This document shows, piece after piece, positions 13,701 through 26,865 of a stretch of 64,000 nucleotides of DNA (positions within the stretch are counted from its first letter, which is position 1; every line of letters starts with the position of its first letter). Position numbers and translations under genes: made by a program. A model generated the notes under the pieces. The model saw only the letters and a program-made list of their open reading frames with translations, made no database searches and was not told where the DNA came from. The DNA lies in contig NW_027272059.1 of assembly GCF_040938485.1 (NCBI RefSeq), positions 186,001 to 250,000 on the forward strand. Reading direction: 5' to 3'. The DNA comes from Diadema antillarum. Taxonomy: Eukaryota.

Positions 13701-16700
13701 TTGACACAGTTAGAGATATTATTATCATGATAAACATGAAATAAGTGGTATACATTGATAATCTAAAGGAAATTTGACACAGGGAACTTATTTTATGCCT
13801 CACATACTTTGTCAGTAGCAAAATCCTGTGACTAATTCTGTGGTACCAGGTGCTTCAGCATCTCTCTTTATTATTTCCAACTTTTCTTGTTAACAAAGAC
13901 CAAAGTTGAAGTCCACATCTAAACTGGGGAAGTAGAAAACAATAATAAAGATCTATAATGTGAAGTATGATGTACAGCATCGGCAAACAACCATGTAGTA
14001 GATGCATAGAAAAACCACCATGTTCCCTTCAATATGCCATTTAGTCAACCCACCATCCCTTGACAACTTGAAATCAAAGATTTTAAAAAGGCATCAGTAA
14101 TTTTGATAAGTCCAGGGCATGAATCACTGTTTTAACTTTGACATACACACTTTTTAGATTTATAGATGGCCTAATTTTATACGTGTCTATGCCCTAAAAT
14201 GTGTGGCTGCTGTAATACCCATAAGTGCCCCCATAAACGTGTGAGTAAACTCTCTGGAGATTTCTGCACATTGCATGAGGAGGAAGAAGAAAAATGTATA
14301 GTTATAATGCGCATGAAGTCACATTTTCTTATTAAAGAGAGTGTGTGTGATCTTCCATCAATTGCTACAGATTGGGGATACTACTGTGATGGTTACTGCC
14401 GTCAGCAAGAAGAGTGGTACTTCACCAGGCTTTCTACCATTGACAGTAAGTAGTGCAATCAACTGGGAGTAGATGGAGTCTTTCAACTGGATCTTGCATA
14501 ATAATGTGATTAGAGTGAATTGTTTGTATGCTCAAGAGATGTGCTTCATTTATCTATTTGACTGTCCTCTGCTGTGACTTTCTTCTGTATTAGCACCATT
14601 TATTTATGACCTTTTGTCTTGTGACCATGTAGGTTGATTACAGGCAGAAGGCTGCAGCAGCTGGAAGGATTCCTACCAATCATTTGAGGAGGGAGAGAGG
14701 AGTGACAGACCAAGAAATACTCACAAGCAGAATGATAGGTACATATGACCTTGTTCTCTAGATTTCCGTAACAATGGCAATGATGGCTTGATAAGTTGAA
14801 TTTCACCAGCATGAACCCCAGTGAACATACATTGCATTCTATAGCTTTTTAGAGATTTCTCCAAGTCTTGACCAGAATGTATTGTAACAGAGTAGTGGTA
14901 TTCAAGCTGCATTCTGTGTGTAAATGTTAGGTTACTGTTGACAGATTCATCATAGTTTCTTTAACCAAATTTGTATCATACTCTGAAACTTGCTCCTATG
15001 ACTTGAAATTTATCAGTTGGATAATGTTACTCTGTGGCAGTTGTTGATTAGTCCATTTGTACTGGTGCTCACAGCTTCAATGTATGAAATTTGAAATGAA
15101 TTTGTAGACTGTGTGCAATTTTGGTAAATGCTGCTGTGCTAGAGCTTGCCTTGACCATTTATCTATTTGTCTTATGAAGATTAAGTCAGTTCTATCTTAA
15201 AATTAATCATAGTACCTTAGATTGAGTTTAGAATCACTTGTTGAATGCTCTTCTTTAATGTCTTTTCATATCAATTTAGAGCACTTCAAAGCCTCATTCA
15301 AGGCTCCCATTTTTCACCAGACATTCAATTACTAACCCTCTTGGTGGAGCTGAGTATCTTTTAAGCAGATCTATGCCACCATACAAATGATGGGAATTAT
15401 CATAATCATCATGAATAAGCTATGATTTTGAAATGTTCCAGTATGCCTCTTCAATTGTCTATTGTATCTAAATGATGTTACATTGGGAATATGATATAAT
15501 GGTGTCCTGTGTTTTAATCCACTTTTATTTTCTGATTAATTAGACAGATCAATACGACCACTCTTTCCCAAAGGCTACTTCTATGATACTCAGGTATGTA
15601 ATAGTGGATATATGGTCTTTTGCATTGTATGTTTTACACTTATTAACATGATTATTGATAACTACAACCTCTGTTATTAGGCGATGTAATCTTATGTTTA
15701 AAAGTTAGTTTGTCGCCAGTTTACATTTGTGTTCTTCATCATTCATTGCAAATTAGTAACACAAGTCTTATCTTTTGAGGGCAGTGTCTGATTTTATGTG
15801 AAAGGACAATTGTTTGCGCATTTATTTTGTCTTGAAAATCCTGCAATGTGTTTGTATGAATGTATTGTGTTACCACTGAGCAACCTATTGGTATTTTACA
15901 GATTATGTGCAATTTGCTGGCAGTAGATGGACTTCATGATCCAGGTGTACTGAGCATCAATGGAGGTAAGTTTTACATTAGCACAGAGGGGTTTTGTCGA
16001 AAGAAATGATAGCAGACACATTGTGTTCCTGTGTTGCATGAAATGCTGAGATAGCCTGTAGAGGCGTATCAGTATAGAGGAAAAGGTGATGACGACAGAA
16101 ACTGTTGGTGGTTTGACTGTAAAAGGGTAGAGTTTGGGTAAACTTGATAGGCTGCATCGATGGTGAAATCTTTATCCATCATGAGGTTGTATTTTACTCT
16201 TTACATTGTTTATAGGCCAAAATATTTGACCAAAGTAGGAGAAGATTTCCTTACTTTTTGACATTGCAACTAACAACAATGACATTTATTATGGTTGTAA
16301 TTATTGTTTTTTAAAAAGAAATCCACCCAATTTGTTTTTAAAAAAATTGACTTATAGTTGAAAGAATATTTCTAGCACCTTTCATTGCTTTGACAGCATG
16401 GATTCCAAACCATCCAGTGAGTAGTGTTTCGAATTTACCAAGGGTACTTACTGGGTATTTGATATTACCCTTTCCTTTCTTTGTATTTTACTGAGTGCTT
16501 ACTCCAGGAATTATACATTGCAGTATATAAGGAACCTTTTTATTTTGTGTGTGTGTGTGCTGTATTTTATTGCTTTACAAATGAGATTATCTAACACTAA
16601 ATATATTTGCTGTCAACTCACTAATCATTTTGATAATTCTTTCTTTATCTCACAGTCAAGATGTTACATCATGCTAATCATCAAACTCATAATCCTGTGC

Positions 16701-19700
16701 AAGTTGGAGCACTTCAGTGATATTGTGGTTTTTAGCTTTTGTTAGTTCACAAATCACTTGATGCATCCAATTTTCCTTCATGTGATAAAGGGCTTTTCAT
16801 AATCATTATATTTTTTGTGCCATTCCTCAGCTTCTGCAGCCCTGGCCCTCTCTGACGTTCCATGGAATGGTCCCGTGGGTGCGGTCAGAGTGGGGCTCAT
16901 TGATGATGAAATTGTCATTAACCCGACCAGACTTGAGCTGAAGAGAAGCAGCCTTAACATTGTGGTGGCAGGAACCAGGAAGAGCAATCTAGGTACATGT
17001 CAAACCAGAAATTTTCACATGCATTTTAATTTTACAAATTCGCGAGAGCCAACATTTGTACGTGAAAGTTCTTTTCTGCACTGTATGCATTAAATGCCAG
17101 TGGCAATTTGCCAAAAATTTCATGCTGCGAAAAAGTTCATCGGCTCCAATTCATGAAAAATTTCATACAGTATTCATCCACGGAAAGTATGAGAATCATT
17201 TTCATAGGCACATAGATGTGAGGATCTGGATGACCGGGGAAGAGCTTGGAGCTTTGTCTTACACTTTGCCACTCACTGTTCTGCTTGATGCGTGGTGAAA
17301 TGATTCTTTGTCGTGTACCGTTGTAGGCAAGATATTGATTCTTCATTAGGAGGCAATTGGTTTCTAGTCTGTAGTCTTTATACTTCAACTAGGATGTTGG
17401 TGTTGATCATCATAATATTTAGAAAGTATGCCGCTTGCCTGTTGCTTTTATTGGTCTACAATAAAACAAAATTATCTTTCTTAGAATTCTAGGCCTAGAA
17501 TTATATTTCTTTAAACTAGAATATCAAATCTTTCGCAGTGTACAGTTGAATTGAATGAAAGGATTCCTATGAGGCTTCTGTGTCTGAAGGCTGTGTAATA
17601 TAAAAGCTGAAAACTCCAAAGTATATCTTTATCCTATGTTCAGAGTTTATATCCTAAAAGTCATGACGTTCTTGTACAAATTAGATATGTCTGGAAATGC
17701 TATGTGATACATTGTGCTAGAACAGAATGTAACCATTTGAACAAACATGCATCCAGTGAATGGACTCATGAAAATTGTGTGAAAGTGAGTGTCATGGGAT
17801 ATAGCAAGCTGCCAATAATCAGTGTGCTTTGTCCCAACCAGACATGCAGTGTAAAGCCGTATAGTTGAGTCCTTTAATTGTATATGTTATTTCTGACTCT
17901 CTGTGTTCAAATCCTCAAGTGATGATTGAGGCCTCGGCAGATAATGTGCTTCAGACAGACTTCCTCAAGGCACTGAAGGCAGGCCTCAAGGAGACACAGA
18001 TCATTGTTAGAAGCATTGAACAACTCGCCAAGCAACATGGGAAGGAAAAGAAGGAGTTTGAGCCTTTAGCTACGCCAACATCTGAGTTGTTAGAAGAAGT
18101 CAGGAGGTAAGGTGTTTGAAGGTTCAGCCAGTTGGTCTGCTTCCTTTTTTGTTGTTGTTTTTTTTTCCCCTCCCAACCCGGATTTCATGAAATTTGGTTC
18201 AGATTGTAAAGGTGACTCAGTATTATCTCAGTCTCTGGTTGTCGTGCAAGGAGGTGCTGTAAGAACCACACAAATTAACTTGGTTTATTAGAAGCATTGC
18301 TTTCTGTGTGTGCTAGTGTTTAAGTGTTATATGTGGGAAATTTGATGTTTTAACACATCATAACAAGAATACAAGCTTAATGGTAATCTATTCTGGTTTT
18401 AATTTGCTATGTAGTGCCTCAATTTTAGAGATGATCCAGACAAGGCTGCCAAGGCGATTTTTTACTCTAGCTTGTTTTCAGAATTTGTAGATACCATTTC
18501 ATCTATAAGTGATAATGTAATGTTGTTATAGTTAATGTCCTCGTGCTAGGTGTGCCAAAAACATGAGTATAATGGAACCATGTTATAATCTAGGCAACGA
18601 GTAAGTGAAGGAATGACGCTAGGTGTTTTTGTTAATCTCATTGCAAAGCTTTTGAGCTTGGTGAGTCATACATAGATCTCTAGAGTGATCAGTACCTTGT
18701 TTGAATCTTGGCAGGGTGTCTTCAGAGGAATATTACAGGGTTTACACCGACCCGACACATGACAAGGTTGGTTTGTTTCTTTTCTTCGCTCATGTTACTG
18801 ACTTTTTACATGTCTCCAGGTGACAATGTAGTCGATTTAGATCTATCAGTAGCTAACTTCTAGTGGTATCCCATCAATTGAACCTGTTGCAGTAAAAAAT
18901 CTTCGATTCAAATTGTCAGTGTCCTTGGCATAAATGGCAATGGTGTATTGTCACTTTGGGCAGAGCAGAGAACACAATGAATGTGTGCTATAGCTTATTT
19001 GTATGTATGTCAATAAAAAATGTAACCTGCAGTTACTTCTGCAGTAGATTGTTCAGAATAAAGAAGTTGAGGTTCATATTTCTGTAAATGTATTTGATAC
19101 CATGATTGCCTTATCTCATGTACTTAATGGAAAAGCTGTTATTTTCGCATACAGATATTTTCGTGATTGAGGAGGTCACAGACATTTTCACAAGATATTT
19201 TTGCGATTTGACACCGAGGCCATTGTTGGTGCGCTAATACCCAAGCATGTTGCAATATTTTTGCCTGTTGTTTAAATTTGCAACCCAGCAGATGATTTGC
19301 AAAATTCCCAAAAAGTATTCCCTTGTGAAAATGATAGCTTTTACAGTACAATTTTTTGTCATTTTCTCCCAGTTTTCCAGAGACAATGCAGCAAATGTAG
19401 TAAGAGAGACTCATCTACATGGAATCCTAGGTCAGTATATAATATTTTTGATGAAATGAAATACTTACATGGATTGCCCTCCCTTTCATATTATTTTCTT
19501 TTACTGAGTAGTCTTTCATCCATCAAATTAACATGCATTTGTTTACCTTCACATAAATCTTTAGCAGAACCCACCGTGTTCAGTGATGTAATTGGTGAAG
19601 AGAATGATGAAGAAAATCTCTCTTGATGCAGACTACATTATGTTCAAATGTTGCTTGACAACGTGTACCGTGATCTTTACTGTTTTTCTTAAATTGCTAT

Positions 19701-22700
19701 CTACAGTACCTAGCAAAATTAGACCTTTGAAAATGTTTGTTCCAGACCTAACCATCTATTATGGTTTTCTTCATAGTTGAATGTTTTCTTATCATGCTGT
19801 ATCTTTTCAGACACGTTTCCAAATGAAGATACATCTCTAGTCTATGATGCTTTCAGCATCGTTGCCAAGGAGGTCTTTAGGAGCATTGTTATGGAGCAGG
19901 AGAGAAGGTAAGATTACTCCAATTGAAGTGGTTATAATGTTGAGGGATTATCATTCTGCCAGCCAGTGATTTCTTCTCTGTAAGAGCTGCTGCCATGTTC
20001 ATTTGAGACTAGGACTGTTCTTTATATGAGATGCAGAGTTCAGTAATGAGTTCAAGTACCACAATAATGAATCAGCTTTGAGCACTGAATTTATATGTTG
20101 TTAATAAATTACAGATGACAGATTTAGTTTAATCAAAAAAATTAGTCCAAATATCTATTGCTCACATAGTGAAAGTGTGTCTCATAAGCTTCAGGGACAC
20201 TGAGAGTAAAGATGGAAGGAAATCATGCTATATTTGTCATAAGGTTGACTGAGATGAAGTTGCTGAGAAAATGTCACAATGGACTATTTGTAAATGAAAT
20301 ATTGCAAAGCTTATTGCCACCTTCAACAAGTACCATTTTCTGATGAATTCCTTCTCTGGTTAAACCTGACAACTCGGTAATCCTAACAGGTCATCCAGAT
20401 GCTAAAACATAAAGTAACTGCGGTGATAAGTGTATCTCCAAAATTATTGTAAATCATAAATTTAGAATTTATGATAATTTACTTGTGATTTATGATAATT
20501 TTGGAGTTACACTTTGACTGGATGAGTGATAATGTACATCAGTGATAAGTGTATGCTTGTGAGCTTGTGTGATGACTTTCTTATAGCTTCTGTCTTGTTA
20601 CCCTGTATTATCATTCACATGGGTGATGCAGCCTATAATTTTCTCATGACTATCCCTAGGTGTGATGGTAGAGAGTTTGATGAGCTCCGTGACATCAGAT
20701 GTCAGGTGGATCTCTATAAACCTCTTCACGGCTCGGCACTCTTCCAGAGGGGACAAACTCAGGTTCGATGTACTAATGCTATATACCACACGTACTGTAA
20801 ACATAGATATTTTCACCATACATAAATTTTTGCATATTTCGCGGTACTTTTGCCGAGCGAGAATTCTAGAACCTGCGAAAATATCTTCACAATCTTCTCT
20901 GCACATTTTGAACGGGTTGAGTCGTAGGCCTCATCAATGGTGCCTTCCTGGCATGATTGTGTGTGTGTGCGCATGTGCGATAGTAATATTAATTTGAGCG
21001 TATGTGTCTGCAGTGCTCGTAGTTTCTGTTCAGGCCGCACTGTCAATGGATCGGGCAGCACGACTTTTCCCTGAATGGATAAAAACATTACAAGTATAAA
21101 GCAATTACTCAGTGTGAATTAAAGAACCTGCGAATATGTTTTTGGTGACTAGGTGAAGGGGAGAGAGATGAGATCTGTGTAATTATGCCTCAAAGTGTTG
21201 AAATTGGAGGGTATAAAGACACAGTAATTATAAAATGTTTGTACTCATAAATCAATGAAAGCGTACTTTGTAATTATCAGCCAACCATCTCATTTCTTGC
21301 TCAATTGATCTGCCTTTCAGGTTTTATGCACAGTAACATTTGATTCCATTGAATCAGCGCTGAGAGTTGACCCTGTCTGGGAGAGGTGAGTGACTGAATT
21401 TCAATGCATTGAATGTACCTAAGAATGTTTACATGTATAAGAGTATATTTTGGAATTATAAGATGCGAGATTGTATCAATTTGATGGCATTCAAAGTACA
21501 AACCATAAAAGCCAACGCCCATTGGTGCATGTTTCAGAATGTTACATCACCCATAACACAGCGTTTATTGAGGAGTTTATGAGCGATGGCATCATGCATG
21601 TAGCTGGTCAACCAGAGCCAAAATTAAAGCATGAATGATATCGTGACTATCTGTCATTGAATGTGTGAATTTAATATGAATAATGGATATCTTTGTTTTC
21701 TCATTTATGCATTCAGTGATGTCAAAGAGAAGAACTTTATGCTACACTACGAGGTGAGAAATATTTTCAACCACTGCTGTGTTTTGAGGTATATTTGGTG
21801 GCACAAGTTGCTCAGTGTACACTGCCCAACATATTTAGTGACTACCAACATCATACTGCCCACCATGTTTAGTAACTACCTACATAACACTGCCCAACAT
21901 CCCTGTTGCAAGTAGACAATTTACACTTTCATCTCCCACTCACTCTGTATGTTTTGTTCCTAATTCTGAAATATGTAGATTTATCCATAATTTATTGATT
22001 ATGCCATATTGATTTGTTGTTTTTGATGTATTATGAAATATGATTTTACTATGTTTGTTTTTCTCCAGTTTCCACCGTATGCCACAAATGAAGTTGGCAG
22101 GACAGGAGGAGTGAACAGAAGAGAACTTGGCCATGGTGAGAGATAACAACAATGAAATTAACATTCAAGCTGCAAGTATTATTTCCTTATAACATAAGTA
22201 TTCTAAAAAAAGTAATGTCCCTCATATGTATAACATACAACAGCCACAAAATATCAGTATTTGTGAAAGTTTACTTTCAATGTTGATTGTCAAAGAGTTC
22301 CCACTGCTCAAATGTTGAAATAAAAATGTCAGTAAAATTTTCATAAAACATTCAACTGCATCGCTAGGCGTCTATGAAGTTTGCCTTGGTATGTTCTATT
22401 GTTGCAATGAACAAGTGTCTCAAGTTTCCTTGATGAATTGGCAGCTTACACTGCAGTGAGTTAATGGTATCAGGAAACTACAGCATATGCACAGGGTAAT
22501 TTCTCCTGATAGTGAAATGCAGTGTTTGAAAGGGATGTAAGCAAAAATTGTAGTGAGTGAAATGTGAAATAACACATGAACATTTGTAGAAGAATTGGTG
22601 ATGATTGTATATGTAGATTATGAGGTCATCCTTTCAAATTACATTAAGAATCTACACTAGTTTGAATTGTGTAACAGTAGAATAGTAATGCCAAATATAT

Positions 22701-25700
22701 CTGGACTCCTCTTTTACCTTTTCGGTTTCCCCCCTTTTCTGGAAAGACTATACTCTCGTATACTTTTGAAAAAACAATTATTATGCATGAGATGTAATTA
22801 TAACAAGATGAGATAACTTGTTCATACTGAAAGCTCATTAAAGCTATTGTTTATATATGAATATGAACAGTAGTGCATCAAAATATATGTTTCATTTTTT
22901 CTTGTGCCTGATACAGGAGCTTTGGCTGAGAAAGGGTTGAGACCTGTGGTACCAGAAGACTTTCCCTTCACGATACGTCTCACTAGTGAAGTCCTAGAAT
23001 CTAATGGTAAGTGTAATGATGCATGCCTGCACATTTCTATGACTAATTCATGATCCTGTTAGTGCGGACATTGAGATATTATAGATATTCATTTTTCAAT
23101 CATTTTTTTGGGAAATGAATATTTGGTGCAAAATTGTCTGTCTTGAGAAAATGTTAAATATTTTGTAGGGTTTGTATCAATTGAAAATGATTTCATTCAC
23201 TGGAAAAAATGACGTCTGGTGATTAGTAGTATGGTAATACATTTATCAAATTGGCATCATTTCATGGCAGCAATTGTTGCTGATATTGATGTGACACAGT
23301 TTGCTTGAAATTTATAACATGCTGATAAAGGACAGCAGTGTCAGAATTGGCTTTTGAAGGCATTTTTGTAATCAATTCAGTCATAGGCACCCATCAAAAA
23401 TGCATTTGCCATTGTTGGTATATTTTGACCAAAGTTGATGATAAATACATGGAAAAGCTATTCTCTTCCTGCACTGAATTGTTGCTTTAACAATATCATA
23501 ATAGAGTAGCTTGCATAAAATGCTAGAGAGTGGATTGGTTAGTAAAAATGCTATTGTACCTATTCCACAGGATCTTCTTCCATGGCATCAGTGTGTGGGG
23601 GATGCCTGGCTCTCATGGATGCAGGTAGGATCACACAATCATGTTGGTCTCGTGGATTGTGCACAGTGCTTTAAAGTAAAAGGTTGATGGTTCAAACTAC
23701 ATTGTTGTTGCACCTGTGGCACTCGAGGTAGACTCTTCATCCACAATGTTTCACTCCTCCCGTGCTTGTTAGAGGGACTGTACATTACTGGTTGAGGTGA
23801 GGATTCAGGTTTGTCACATATTTTGGCAGGATAATGAGAAACCTCTTGTGTAATATGAAAGCATGTAATTTCAAGAAGCATTTAACATTTATTTGATGAA
23901 AATTGGTCTTGAATGGCTGAGATATCAAAAAAAGCGATCCTAATAAAATTGACAGGCCACAACTTTTATTAGGATCTCTTTGATTTTCCTTATTTTAGAT
24001 ATCTCAGTCATTTCAAAACCGATTTTCATCAAATAAACTTTTGATTACCCTTAGAATTGTATGCTCCTTAACATTTTATAGAGTGGTTTCTAAATATCTC
24101 GCAAAATGTTACAAGCTGAATTCTCACCTCAACCAGTACTGTACAGTCCCTTTAATATGTATCTAATAGGTTTTGTTATTGTGCTAGGATCAGCTGAAGT
24201 ATAATGATGGTTGTCTGGTTAGAGTAACCTCAGAGAGTTGGGGTGTGTGTGCTGTAGGTGTAAAGATTAGAGAGAAAAACTTTGTGAATGAATCACTGCT
24301 TGCCACCATTCTTTGCAGATAAGAAGCAAACTCATTTATGATCTATGATTCTTCCTCTGTAGCAAAATATGTGAAGTGATTTAAATGCTTAGGAGAGTTC
24401 AAGATGACGATACATGTCTCAAACATTTGATATGACATCCTATTACGTATTTCATGTTCATGCTTGATAAGTAGAGTAAAAATAGAAAAGAGAAGTTGTA
24501 GAGGTCTCATCAAATAAATTTTGATCTAGTCAGTTTGAACAGTGGATGGCATTGTACTAACTTTTCATTGGACAATACGTACTCCCAACAGAAAGTGCAT
24601 TGAAATCAGCTCTGAGCTGTGTTGTGTCGATGCTTTCATTTTTCATCCAGGTGTTCCCATCTCCACCCCGGTAGCAGGCGTAGCAGTGGGGCTGGTAGCT
24701 GAGACGGAATCTGACGACATCCACAGCATCACAGATTACAAGATTCTGACAGACATTCTGGTAGGTAGGGCAGACGTCACTTGGTTGTCCTGCATAGGGT
24801 GACATGACATTTGCTTCTGCAACAATTGCTACAGTCTTATTTTTTCCAGGGACTTAGGGTTAGGGTTGTGAGAGGGTTTTAGCTTTAGTTTGATGTGAGG
24901 ATTAGGATTAGGGTTAGGGTTATGTCTGTGGATAGACTTCATGTTTGGCTTAGTCTGCAGATATTTCATGGGAGTAACTGTCACAGGAGCAAATGTCATG
25001 GAATCTCTGCATTGTGCCCATATTTACAAGATGTCTATAATTATTTACTCTAATAATCATTGCAGTTGTGACATAACTCTTAGCCTTTCTTTTTTCTCCC
25101 ATGCTGAAGTCAGGACAGTAGAAATTTGTGGAAGTTCTATTGCTGTTGCTGGGATAATGACAGAGGCCCAGGGTCAGGGAATTCTAGGCCAGTAAAAGAA
25201 CCAATTCAGTGACTTGAACATATATTTGTTTTAGAATTGGACTTATGTAGTATTCATCACCATATCTTCAGCCATGATATGTGACTTTCAAGTTTGTTAC
25301 AACCTTCACTTTTTAGAGAATGTCACATATTCTCAAAATGCCTTGTTAAAAGAGAATATATCCTAGTCTATGGCTCTGAGTTCCCATTTCTGATTGTCAC
25401 ACCGACATGGGCCTTGCAAATTCGTTGCAAGCCTTACCAATTGAAGATTTTACCTCATGCATGGTAGGTACAGAGTCCAGCACGATAGAAATGCATATGT
25501 TGAATGACAAAGCTAATGTATCGCTCTTGTCTGTTTGTGTTTGCAGGGCATAGAAGACTACATGGGAGACATGGATATGAAGCTGGCTGGAAGCAAGAAG
25601 GGTATCACAGCACTGCAGGTATGATGCCTGTCACATGGTATGCATACTGTCACATGATATCCAGCCTGTCACATGGTATAGATGCTGTCACATGATATCT

Positions 25701-26833
25701 AGCTTGTCACATGATATCCAGCCTGTCACATGGTATGCAGGCAAGAGACACTGGTGTGTTTGAAAAGCTCCCTCTATGGTCTAGTATCCATGGTGTGGTC
25801 TTAATAGTAAATTGAGGGCAGGCAGGGGAAGATGTGAACTTGACATGCTAGAACTGTGGGATACACCAAAGGTGCTGCAGTCTGTGTGTGTGGATGGGGC
25901 CACAATACTTCCAATTAGAAGACAACATCTTTAATCTGTGAGGTCTTTTGTAGCGAAAATGTTGTGCCACAAAACAGGCTGTCGGCTTCAATTTGCAAAA
26001 GTGTCATGCCATGGATATTTCTGGTTTTACAGTAGATTCCTTGAAGTGAGCTCATTGGTGCACAAGCAGCATTCTATGCTACTGCCACACATTTACCTCT
26101 ACCCATCGTCAGACTACAAATTCTTGATTCTTCCTCACAGACTGACGTCAAGCTTCCTGTTCCAATGAAGTTAGTGGTAGAAGCCATCCAGGCAGGTACA
26201 TCAGCCAAGAGTAAGATTATCAACATCATGTCTGGCGCCCTCAGGAAGCCGCGGGATGGTCGCAAGGAGAATAGTCCAGTCATAGGTTTGTGGTTAGAAT
26301 GCTCAAAAATCAAAATCAAAATATTACCTGAACAGCCAGTATATTTTGAAACTACCATTGTATGCTACCGACAGTTTATCTATCAAACTTTGTAGACACT
26401 ATCTGACCACAGTGATATGATTTCATTGCTTTATGTTTACATATTCATGTCACACTGCATATTGATATCACTTTTGGAGTTAAATTCATAAAGGGGAATA
26501 TTTGAAGTTTCATACAAATGATGTGAATTCAAACATGTAAACCAATGGCAGTCATACTCTTGCAAGTTTCAGTGTGATCCAAGCCAGTACCCTTAAATGC
26601 ACAGCAAGACAACCTGTTTTGAAGTATCCTTGAAATAAGAAAACTGATGTCTGTTTTTCTGTCTTTCCAATTCAATATCATGCTTTCTGCAGGCGCAAAG
26701 TCACAACTCAGTTTTGTTTCTGATTTTGTCATTTTACCAGAGAATCTTGAAGTGCCTATCCAGAGGAGATCCAAATTTGTTGGCCCGGGTGGCTACAACC
26801 TGAAGAAGTTGCGTGCAGAAACTGGTAAGTAGT

Positions 26834-26865
<32 letters not shown>

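Noticed and set aside
25547-25618. GDMDMK instead of GDMDFK in the PNPase active-site motif
   Set aside because: The catalytic aspartates are intact and the change is conservative; I cannot show it is unusual among invertebrates.
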